From assembly GCA_018825785.1 (NCBI GenBank), contig JAHKAY010000006.1:42332-106331 (forward strand): a DNA stretch of 64,000 nt. The letters are read 5' to 3'. The notes below the pieces were generated by a model. It searched no databases. It was given only the letters and a program-made list of their open reading frames with translations, and was not told the DNA's origin. The stretch comes from Chloroflexota bacterium (lineage in GTDB: Bacteria; Chloroflexota; Dehalococcoidia; JACVQG01; JAHKAY01). The position numbers and the translations under genes are program-made. Shown here piece by piece: positions 43,348 to 51,111 of this stretch (position 1 is its first letter; each line of letters begins with the position of its first letter).

Positions 43348-44829
43348 ATGCATGACGTGCTGCTAATCAATCCGCCTTCAGCTTTCTCAACCTATAAGGG
43401 GACAAAGGTTGGCGTCTATGTGCAACTCTATCCGGTATTGTCCCTGGCTTGCCTGGCGGCCATGCTGAGGGAGAAGGGCTCTGGCGTTTCCATACTTGAC
43501 CTGGGGATAGAGCAGTACCCTTGGCAGGTGCTGGAGGCAAAGCTGAGCGAGTCAAAGTCGCGCATTATAGGGGTAACCTGTACAACGCCGCTGTATCCTG
43601 AGGTAGTCCAGCTAAGCCGGGCTATCAGGCAGAGGGTTGGCAATGGTACGGTGCTTGTCGTTGGCGGGCCACATCCTTCAGCCCTGCCGGCGGAAACGCT
43701 GCTGGAGTCTGACTTTGACATCGCCGTTGTAGGCGAGGGCGATGAGACAATGGTTGAAATAGCTGAGGGGAAGAAGCTGTCCGATATCAAGGGTATCTTC
43801 TACAAGGATGGGGAAGGGATATCATCCACCGCGCCTCGGGAGCGCATCAAGGACCTGAATGCACTCCCCTTCCCGGCCCTTGACCTCTTTGATGCGAAGC
43901 GATACCGCTGTTCCAGGCTGGTTTCCAGGAAAACCCCAATGAGTGACCTGATGACCAGCCGGGGATGCGTTTTCAACTGTAGCTTCTGTGGCAAGAAGGT
44001 CTTTGGACGGAGGTTTATATCTAAGTCGCCGGAGAAAGTGATTGAGGAAATCAAGCACACGCTGAGTCTAGGTTTTAAGGAGATTCGCGTTGTGGATGAT
44101 ATGTTCACCACCAACATGGACAGGGCCAAGACAATCTGTGAAATGATACTGAGGGAGAGGTTGCGTTTCCCGTGGAACCTGGCAGCGGGACTCAGGGTGG
44201 AATGCATCGATGAGGAGTTCCTCCGTTTGGCCAAACGCGCTGGACTGTATCAGGTCTCTATCGGCTTTGAGAGTGGCGACCAGGATTGCCTGGATTCAAT
44301 TGCCAAGGGCATTACCCTTGAGCAGAGCATGAGGGCCATGCATATGGTAAAGAAAGTCGGCCTGGAGAGCGTGGGATTCTTTATGTTGGGCCTGCCGGCC
44401 GAGAGTGAGGAGAGCATGAAGAAGACCATTGACTTCGCCGTGAAACTGATGCCGGATTTCGCCAAGGTTACCATTCTCATGCCCCTGCCAGATGCCAGGC
44501 TATTCTGGGAGTGGGAGAGGCAGGGGCTTATCAAGAGCCGGAACTGGAGGGAGTATAAGCTCCACGGGGGCGGCGCCGTTTACCAGCATCCAACGCTGGA
44601 CCGTGAAAAGCTGGAGCAGTATTATGATCTCTTCTACCGGAGATTCTATCTTAACCCGAAATACCTTTTCAGAAGAGCCGGAATCGCCATTTCCAGAGGT
44701 ACCTTTTTCCTTGAGCTGTACTACGGCGCCAAGACCTTTCTCCCCAGCGTGTTCGGACCACATCCCAAGCCCGCCCGCCCTTCTGCAGAGGAGCAACATG
44801 CCCGACTAACCGAGAAGGAATACCTCTAA
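43348..44829 (+). CDS. B12-binding-domain radical SAM enzyme (class B), second copy in the locus
   Basis: MHDVLLINPPS...LACLAAMLREKGSGVSILDL is the B12-binding-like N-terminus. It is followed by TSRGCVFNCSFC (CxxxCxxC). The track start TTG 43336 abuts the upstream stop. ATG 43348, after GGAGGG, is preferred. Confidence 0.8.
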   Translation: MHDVLLINPPSAFSTYKGTKVGVYVQLYPVLSLACLAAMLREKGSGVSILDLGIEQYPWQVLEAKLSESKSRIIGVTCTTPLYPEVVQLSRAIRQRVGNGTVLVVGGPHPSALPAETLLESDFDIAVVGEGDETMVEIAEGKKLSDIKGIFYKDGEGISSTAPRERIKDLNALPFPALDLFDAKRYRCSRLVSRKTPMSDLMTSRGCVFNCSFCGKKVFGRRFISKSPEKVIEEIKHTLSLGFKEIRVVDDMFTTNMDRAKTICEMILRERLRFPWNLAAGLRVECIDEEFLRLAKRAGLYQVSIGFESGDQDCLDSIAKGITLEQSMRAMHMVKKVGLESVGFFMLGLPAESEESMKKTIDFAVKLMPDFAKVTILMPLPDARLFWEWERQGLIKSRNWREYKLHGGGAVYQHPTLDREKLEQYYDLFYRRFYLNPKYLFRRAGIAISRGTFFLELYYGAKTFLPSVFGPHPKPARPSAEEQHARLTEKEYL

Positions 44830-44867
44830 TAACATGGCTGGCTCGAAATTGACCGGCCACAGAAAGG

Positions 44868-46055
44868 ATGTACCTTGAGATGCCTAGAATCAAGTTAGTC
44901 GCTCTGACGGTACTCTTATTGGCAATGACAATGATGATGAGTGGCTGTCTTCAACAGGTGGCTCGGACTACAGCTGAAGGTCCCACTGTAGCCCCGGAGC
45001 CAGCCCCAAGCCAGACTCCAACTCTGTCTCCTTCTTCTCAACTCCCTCGGTCCCCAGCACCCCCCACGGTGTTGGGCAAACAGGGGGCAGACCTGAGCGG
45101 ATACAGCAAAGTGGAGCTGAACGATGACCAGATTGAGGTGAGCAGTGTATTCCAGGGCTACGGAGGAGGGAATCTCATCAGGGATACTGGCAGTTTCTGG
45201 CACATAGGAGTCCCGAAGGAAAGCGACCAGGCATGGGCAATCATTGACTTGAGGAGTGGGATGCAGTTGGTTGTGATTGCGGTCAGGCCCCGCTCGGACC
45301 ACCTATCACACCTGTGGAAAGTAGACAACGCTACGCTTGAGGGGGGCAATGACAGCAAGGCATGGGACACTTTGGCCAAGCTCAGACTAGACCACGATGC
45401 GCTAAATGGAAGAGACTGGATATCTTTTATGCTTTCAGAGGGTGTCGGTCCATACCGGTACTACCGTCTTCTTATCAATGACCCTGATTTCATCTCCATG
45501 GCCGGGCTTGCATTGTACACTGAAGATGCCATCGCAATCGTCCCAGGGCATGAGCCTGCAGATGCTGAGACAGGGCTCCCAACCGCGTTGGGCAAGCAAG
45601 GAGGGGACCTCAGCGGATACCGCAAGGTGGAGTTGCTCCCTGGCCAGGTTGAGGTGAGCAGCAGCATGGAGAACTATGGTAAAGGCAACCTCTTGTCAGA
45701 TGCTGCTGGTGCTACTTTCTGGCACGTTGGATTGCCGAAAGAAACTGACGAAGCCTGGGTGTTGGTTGACTTAAGGAGCGAGGGCACTCTGGCTGCCTTA
45801 GGCATCAGGCCACGCACAGACTATCTGACACATCTGTGGAAAGGCGGTTCTGCCGTCTTACAAGGCAGTAACAATAGAGAGGAGTGGGTCCCAGCGGTCG
45901 AACTAGTGCTGAACCAAGGGGAGCTCAACGCCGTTGACTGGATAATATTTGTACTTCCCAATGATATAGGCCCATACCGGTACTATCGTCTTCTTATCAC
46001 TGACCCTGATTTTATTTCCATGGGCGGGTTTGAACTGTTCCGCAAAGACCCCTGA
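44868..46055 (+). CDS. putative lipoprotein with two tandem discoidin (F5/8 type C)-like domains
   Basis: 395 aa. The signal peptide has the lipobox LAMTMMMSGC. A Pro/Ser-rich linker follows, then two ~155-aa repeats (LGKQG.DLSGY.KVEL...FWH.G.PKE.D.AW...DLRS...PR.D.L.HLWK...GPYRYYRLLI.DPDFISM). The domain family is assigned by eye. Confidence 0.55.
   Translation: MYLEMPRIKLVALTVLLLAMTMMMSGCLQQVARTTAEGPTVAPEPAPSQTPTLSPSSQLPRSPAPPTVLGKQGADLSGYSKVELNDDQIEVSSVFQGYGGGNLIRDTGSFWHIGVPKESDQAWAIIDLRSGMQLVVIAVRPRSDHLSHLWKVDNATLEGGNDSKAWDTLAKLRLDHDALNGRDWISFMLSEGVGPYRYYRLLINDPDFISMAGLALYTEDAIAIVPGHEPADAETGLPTALGKQGGDLSGYRKVELLPGQVEVSSSMENYGKGNLLSDAAGATFWHVGLPKETDEAWVLVDLRSEGTLAALGIRPRTDYLTHLWKGGSAVLQGSNNREEWVPAVELVLNQGELNAVDWIIFVLPNDIGPYRYYRLLITDPDFISMGGFELFRKDP
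45069..46052 (+). repeat. internal tandem duplication (two ~470-nt coding repeats)
   Basis: Repeat 1 spans about 45069-45529 and repeat 2 about 45585-46052. For example, 45450-45506 and 45972-46028 are identical at about 50 of 57 nt by eye. Confidence 0.7.
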
Positions 46056-46179
46056 GCCTTCATCCCGCCCCCGATGGCGCGCCGACCAAGTGGAAGGCTG
46101 CATCTCTGTCGGCGATAATTTGGAAGGCCCTCCCAGGCAAGTCATCCTGGGGCTTTGCTTCTGCTTCCCGGCCGTTGCG

Positions 46180-46204
46180 TAGAATATACCCGAAGGGCTA
46201 GAAT
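46180..46204 (+). promoter_or_regulatory. candidate -10 elements (TAGAAT x2) for a near-leaderless transcript of the TPP-enzyme gene
   Basis: TAGAAT occurs at 46180-46185 and 46199-46204. The second copy ends 9 nt before the ATG at 46214, and there is no SD in between. Confidence 0.4.
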
Positions 46205-46213
46205 GGGCGAGGC

Positions 46214-47848
46214 ATGACAGCCGCTGACCTGCTGGTGCGATGCCTGGAAGCCGAGGGGGTGGAATACATCTTCGGCATCCCCGGGGAGGAGACCTTGTCC
46301 CTAATGGATTCCCTCTCCCGCAGCCGGATCCGGTTCATTCTCACCCGCCACGAAGGGGGCGCGGCCTTCATGGCCAATGTCTACGGCCGCCTAACCGGAA
46401 GGCCCGCGGTCTGCCTGGCCACCCTTGGCCCTGGGGCCACCAACCTCCTTACCGGCGTGGCCGATGCCTACCTGGACCGCTCTCCCCTGGTGGCCATCAC
46501 CGGTCAGGTGTCCCTTTCCCAGGTTCACAAGGAGGCCCACCAGTACATCAACCTTGTGGAGATATTCCGCCCTGCCACCAAATGGAATGCCCGCGTTGAA
46601 AACCCGGGGGTCATTCCCGAGGTGGTAAGAAAGGCATTCAAGCTGGCCCAGCAAGAGAAGCCCGGGGCCACCCACCTGGAGCTGCCCGAGGACCTGGCCG
46701 GGATGGAGGCCGAGGGAGAACCCCTTTTCCCTACCCCTATCTCCTATCCTCAGCCCAACCCCACCGTTGTGAAAGAGGCCTCCAGGCTCATTGAGCAGGC
46801 CAGTTACCCCATGGTGTTGTCCGGCCACGGAGTCATCCGCCGGGAAGCCAGCCGGGAACTGGCCACCCTGGCCCACCGCCTCAGCCTGCCTGTGGCCAAC
46901 ACCTTCATGGGGATGGGGACTATGGATTGCCGGGATGAGCTATCGCTGTCCACTGTGGGGCTGCACGAGAGGGACTGGGTGATGTGTGGCCTGGACCGGG
47001 CCGATGTGGTGCTGGCCGTGGGTTATGACCCTGTGGAGTATGAGCCCCGCTTTTGGAACCGTGGCCGGACCAAGAGGCTCATCCACCTGGATACCACGCC
47101 AGCAGGGGTGGATGCCCACTACAACCCTGAGGTGGAAATGGTCTCCGAGCTGAAGGATGGCCTGCTGGCCCTGGCTCAGACCTGTTCCCCCCGTCCCGAG
47201 CCAGCGGGCCAGGCCACCCTGCGGCGCTTTATCTCAGGGGAGCTAGCTCAGTACTGGACTGATGCCAGCTTTCCGGTGAAGCCCCAGCGGGTCATCGCCG
47301 ACCTGCGCCGCGCCCTGGGGGAGGAGGACATCCTTGTCTCAGACGTGGGGGCCCACAAGGTGTGGGTGGCCCGCCTTTTCCCCGCCTATCGCCCCAACAC
47401 CGTCGTCATCTCCAACGGCTTCGCCTCCATGGGGATTGCCATTCCCGGGGCCATGGCGGCCAAGCTGGCTTTTCCCCAGAGGAAAGTGGTGGCGGTGGTG
47501 GGGGATGGTGGCTTTATGATGACGGCAGCGGAGCTGGAGACGGCCAATCGGCTGGGGTTACCCTTTGTGGTGGTGGTCTGGGCCGATGGCGGGCTGGGGA
47601 TGATCGAGTGGAAACAGATGAAGCGTTATGGCCGCTCCTTCGGTGTCTCCTTCACCAACCCCGACTTCGTCCTTCTTGCCCAGGCCCTGGGCCTGCCCGG
47701 TTTCCGCGTCACCCGGACCGAGGAGTTCCTCCCCACCCTGCTTCAGGCCCTGGAGTTGGACCGGCCCTCCATCATCGAGGTCCCCGTGGACTATCGGGAA
47801 AACATGCGCCTCACCGAGAAGCTGGGAAGGCTGGTCTGCCCTATTTAG
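46214..47848 (+). CDS. acetolactate synthase-like ThDP enzyme (AlsS/IlvB family large subunit)
   Basis: 544 aa. AADLLVRCLEAEGVEYIFGIPGEE supports the call. The ThDP motif is GDGGFMMTAAELETANRLGLPFVVVVWADGGLGMI. G+C is high, like the core genome. Confidence 0.8.
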   Translation: MTAADLLVRCLEAEGVEYIFGIPGEETLSLMDSLSRSRIRFILTRHEGGAAFMANVYGRLTGRPAVCLATLGPGATNLLTGVADAYLDRSPLVAITGQVSLSQVHKEAHQYINLVEIFRPATKWNARVENPGVIPEVVRKAFKLAQQEKPGATHLELPEDLAGMEAEGEPLFPTPISYPQPNPTVVKEASRLIEQASYPMVLSGHGVIRREASRELATLAHRLSLPVANTFMGMGTMDCRDELSLSTVGLHERDWVMCGLDRADVVLAVGYDPVEYEPRFWNRGRTKRLIHLDTTPAGVDAHYNPEVEMVSELKDGLLALAQTCSPRPEPAGQATLRRFISGELAQYWTDASFPVKPQRVIADLRRALGEEDILVSDVGAHKVWVARLFPAYRPNTVVISNGFASMGIAIPGAMAAKLAFPQRKVVAVVGDGGFMMTAAELETANRLGLPFVVVVWADGGLGMIEWKQMKRYGRSFGVSFTNPDFVLLAQALGLPGFRVTRTEEFLPTLLQALELDRPSIIEVPVDYRENMRLTEKLGRLVCPI

Positions 47849-47919
47849 CCCTTGACCGGGAGGCCACCTTCCCTCCTGGACGCGTCCCAGGCGAGCGGTA
47901 TATAATCAAACGAAGGCTT

Positions 47920-47978
47920 GGGCGGTTAGCTCAGCGGTTAGAGCGCCTGCTTCACACGCAGGAGGCGGTGGCTCAAAG
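47920..47978 (+). pseudogene. tRNA-Val(CAC) fragment: 5' acceptor arm to mid T-loop; the 3' T-stem and acceptor arm are missing
   Basis: The sequence is GGGCGGT-TA-GCTC-AGCGGTTA-GAGC-G-CCTGC-TTCACAC-GCAGG-AGGC-GGTGG-CTCAAA... The D arm and anticodon arm (anticodon CAC) fold canonically. No CCACC or ACCGCCC complement follows. TATAAT lies at 47901-47906 upstream. G+C drops immediately after. Confidence 0.7.
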
Positions 47979-48117
47979 CTAGCGTCTACCGATTTAGCTA
48001 CGAAATTGGGGCGACAAAGCAAGAGGTCTTTTGTTTTACTCCTATTAGTCTTGATGGTGGCCCTTCCGGTCTTCATCGATCGCCTCCTATGCATTATTTT
48101 GAACTTCTGCGAGAGAC

Positions 48118-48324
48118 TCACCGTTTTGTCTCCTTGGTCAATTCCTCAATTCTTAAGAGCGCCAGCGGGGACGGCTTGAAGGTGCCTTTCTCCCAACGCC
48201 TCACTGTGATGACACTAACCCCCAACCTACGAGCCAATCCATCTTGGCTTAAACCTAGTTTGCGCCTCAATTCTCTTATCGATTCCCTATTCATGATATC
48301 ATATGATAGCTCATCTGCTACCAT
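48118..48324 (-). CDS. XRE-family helix-turn-helix transcriptional regulator
   Basis: 68 aa. IRELRRKLGLSQDGLARRLGVSVITVRRWEKG is a classic HTH_3 pattern. The gene lies in low-GC DNA. Confidence 0.8.
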   Translation of the reverse strand: MVADELSYDIMNRESIRELRRKLGLSQDGLARRLGVSVITVRRWEKGTFKPSPLALLRIEELTKETKR

Positions 48325-48400
48325 TAGTCAAGATGAGAACGTCGCCCCAATCTGAACCACAACGCCCAGCACCGACGCAGGCGTCCGGCCCAAGACATGG

Positions 48401-48759
48401 ATGCCGATTGCGGCCGGTATCCTCAGCATTGTTTGTGGTGCTACTGACTTACTTGTCGGAATACTATTTGCCGCCATTACCAACTACGAATGGCATGGCC
48501 TCCAACTTGTGTCAGCCATACCTGTTATTATCCTTGGGTAGTCGCCACAGCCGGTGGCATCTTTGCCATCAACAGGAGAAACGGGGGACTAGCCTTTGGC
48601 GGCGCCATTTGTGCTGCCATTTCCCCCGCATTTCTACTGGGTATCGCCGCAGTCATCCTTCTGGCACTATCAGAGAAAGAGTTCGCCAACCCTGAGGAAG
48701 ATGGAAAGCTGCCTTCAGGGCCGCTGCACCCCTGGTTTGAAGATGAACTCGGGCTCTAA
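48401..48759 (+). pseudogene. small (~120 aa) four-helix membrane protein gene split by a single frameshift
   Basis: In frame 2, ATG 48401 gives MPIAAGILSIVCGATDLLVGILFAAITNYEWHGLQLVSAIPVIILG and then TAG at 48539-48541. The hydrophobic continuation VVATAGGIFAINRRNGGLAFGGAICAAISPAFLLGIAAVILLAL... is in frame 1 (track ORF 48490-48759). The shift falls at a GGG run near 48536. Confidence 0.45.
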
Positions 48760-48839
48760 GGTCTGGGGCTCTCCTTCGGCATCGGCCAGGCTGGAGGTGG
48801 AGGTGCTCAAACGGGGGGGGAGAGGCTGAGGGAGCTGGT

Positions 48840-48858
48840 GGCTGTACGACGTACAGCC
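48840..48858. terminator. perfect 8-bp hairpin between convergent genes (possible terminator; no U-run)
   Basis: GGCTGTAC-gac-GTACAGCC directly abuts the stop (48859-48861) of the minus-strand molybdoenzyme gene. Confidence 0.3.
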
Positions 48859-51111
48859 CTATGCCTTTACCCATTTCTCAACCTGGACCAAAGCAGTGTT
48901 GGTGCAGAAGGCGCCACCCGGTGATTTGGCATCCCTGGTCAGCACATTGGCGCAGCCACCGTGGTCTATGCCTTTCCCATCGGGGTCATGCCAGGCACCC
49001 TCGGGGACATTCACTACACCGGGCATTATCCTCTGGGTAACCTCAGCGGGGAGAACTGTTTGTCCTCTATCATTGTAGACTCGAACCAGGTCGCCATTAC
49101 TGATGCCCCTGGCACGGGCATCGTCGGTGTTTATCTGCATGCGTTGAGGAATCAGCTCTCTGAGCCAAGGTAGGTTGTCAAACTGACTGTGGGCCCGCGC
49201 ACGGTGATGGGTGGTCAGCAGTTGCAGTGGATACTTCTTCGCCAGAGGGTCGTTCCGGCCCTCCCAGGCCTCAATATATTTGGGGATGGGAGGAAGCTGA
49301 GGGTCATTCCAGTCTGCCAGCTCTTGAGAACATATTTCGATCTTCCCCGAAGGAGTGGGGAAGGGACGATTCTCCGGGTCTTCTATTTGCTCCTTAAAGG
49401 CGACATAGGGCTTATCAGTTGGAAACTTGTACAAGGCCTTCTTCCTAAGTGTCTCGTAATCAGAACCTTCTTTATCTTTGGCAAAGACCTCTCTATACCC
49501 CTCCACTATGCCTTTTAGCCATTCCTCTTCTGTCTTCTCGTTGTAGTCATTGATACCCATTGCTTTGGCTATCCCCTCTGCTATCTCCAGGTGGGACTTG
49601 GATTCATGTAAAGGTTCTGCTGATTTGTTTACGAGGCCATACCAGGGGGTGGCGCCGCCACTGGTGAAGTCATTTCTTTCAAAGTAGGTATTAACCGGCA
49701 GCAAGATGTCGGCGAACTTGGCTGTGGCTGTCATGAACTGCTCCTGAACAGCGATAAACTCCACCGCCTTAAAAGCTTCAATAGTCTTGTTGGCATTGAG
49801 AATCTGGTTTACATAGTTGGTATTTGCCAGATAGAGGAGTCTGTAATCGGCAGGGTAGCCGCCGGCCTTGCCCTTCAATACTGCGTCTGCTATCTGGCCG
49901 ACATTTATCTTTGCACTGCTATTGGTGCTGGAGCCGCGCGCCTTGACCGTATTCCTGCGAGCAGGCCATCCCTCCTCAACCGGATTTCTGGGACTGCCCA
50001 TCCGCCCCTTTGTGCGGGCCAGGAAAGCCATCTCCCCACCCCAGTGCTCACCTCCCCATGACCTGCCTGCGGAACTTCCCCCGCTGATTCCTATATTGCC
50101 CGTCATGGCCGACAGGGCGATGGCAGCACGGTGGTATTGCTCTCCATAGGCAGTGCGCCCGGGGGCTATGCCAGCAATCAACGCTGCCGGCTTGGTGGTG
50201 GCGTATAGCCGGGCCAGCCTTGCGGTGGTATCTGCTTTCACGCCGGTGATGGACTCCGCCCAGGCAGGTGTCTTTGGTATGCTGTCTTCAATGCCCAAAA
50301 CATAGTCCCTGAATTTCTCTAAACCTACGGTATATTTATTGATAAATGTCTGGTCATGGAGGTTTTCCGTGATAATCACATAGGCCATTGCAATAAGCAT
50401 GGCTGCATCAGTACAGGGGTAAATGGGTATCCATTCATCGGCGAAGGTGGCTGTGGAATCTGTATACCTTGGGTCTATGGAAATGATTCTGGCACCGGCC
50501 TCCTTGGCCCGGGCCAAATAGTATGGCGTGTTACAGCGGTGGATTGTAACTGCGGGGTCCCACCCCCACATTATTATCAACCGGGAGTTGAGAAGGTCGT
50601 CTCTGGTGCTGTTGGTCATAGCCGTTCCGTAGGTAGCACATTCGGCAAAGACGCCACCCTCATAGGACATGAAACCCCAAAGTGGAGTATAACCTCCTGC
50701 CATGCAGAGCAATCTATGCATCGGCGTCATAGTGTGGAGGACATGGATATCGGCCAGTGAACAGAAGAAAATGATGGATGCTGGGCCGTAGGTATCTCTG
50801 ACCCGTATCAGTTCCTTAGCCACAGTAGAGAAGGCTTCGTCCCAGGAGATGCGCTCAAACTTCCCCTCCCCTCTGCTCCCGGCCCTCTTCATGGGGTACT
50901 TGAGGCGGTCTGGCGCATACAGACGCTGCCGGAAAGAGCGACATCTAAGGCAGGCCCGGAATTGAGGCTCTTCGCCGTCATCAGTCTCGATCCTGGTGAC
51001 CACGCCGTCTTTGACGTGGACTTTGAGGAGGCAGGCTCCACCACAATGGCTATTACATGCAGTATAGATGATGCTATCATTTTGCTCTGTTTGTCTGCTA
51101 TTCTCGCTCAT
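48859..51111 (-). CDS. molybdopterin oxidoreductase, DmsA-like catalytic subunit (DMSO reductase family) without a Tat signal
   Basis: 750 aa. The N-terminus YTACNSHCGGACLLKVHVKDGVVTRIETDD...FRACLRCRSFRQRLYAPDRLKYPMKRAGSRGEGKFERISWDEAF closely parallels E. coli DmsA as I remember it (CTVNCGSRCPLRMHV...ACLRGRSMRRRVYNPDRLKYPMKR). IIDPRYTD and WIPI.P.TDAA blocks are also present. There is no twin-arginine leader. Confidence 0.8.
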   Translation of the reverse strand: MSENSRQTEQNDSIIYTACNSHCGGACLLKVHVKDGVVTRIETDDGEEPQFRACLRCRSFRQRLYAPDRLKYPMKRAGSRGEGKFERISWDEAFSTVAKELIRVRDTYGPASIIFFCSLADIHVLHTMTPMHRLLCMAGGYTPLWGFMSYEGGVFAECATYGTAMTNSTRDDLLNSRLIIMWGWDPAVTIHRCNTPYYLARAKEAGARIISIDPRYTDSTATFADEWIPIYPCTDAAMLIAMAYVIITENLHDQTFINKYTVGLEKFRDYVLGIEDSIPKTPAWAESITGVKADTTARLARLYATTKPAALIAGIAPGRTAYGEQYHRAAIALSAMTGNIGISGGSSAGRSWGGEHWGGEMAFLARTKGRMGSPRNPVEEGWPARRNTVKARGSSTNSSAKINVGQIADAVLKGKAGGYPADYRLLYLANTNYVNQILNANKTIEAFKAVEFIAVQEQFMTATAKFADILLPVNTYFERNDFTSGGATPWYGLVNKSAEPLHESKSHLEIAEGIAKAMGINDYNEKTEEEWLKGIVEGYREVFAKDKEGSDYETLRKKALYKFPTDKPYVAFKEQIEDPENRPFPTPSGKIEICSQELADWNDPQLPPIPKYIEAWEGRNDPLAKKYPLQLLTTHHRARAHSQFDNLPWLRELIPQRMQINTDDARARGISNGDLVRVYNDRGQTVLPAEVTQRIMPGVVNVPEGAWHDPDGKGIDHGGCANVLTRDAKSPGGAFCTNTALVQVEKWVKA

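Noticed and set aside
47920-47995. I tried to fold this region as a complete, functional tRNA-Val.
   Set aside because: After GGTGG-CTCAAA there is no complementary T-stem (CCACC) and no acceptor 3' strand (ACCGCCC). I could not fold a cloverleaf, so I report it as a fragment. It needs confirmation with tRNAscan-SE.
48118-48324. I considered the XRE regulator as the antitoxin of a toxin-antitoxin pair or as a phage repressor.
   Set aside because: There is no adjacent toxin-like ORF and there are no phage structural, integrase or Cro-like genes in the window. The only neighbour is a decayed small membrane gene.
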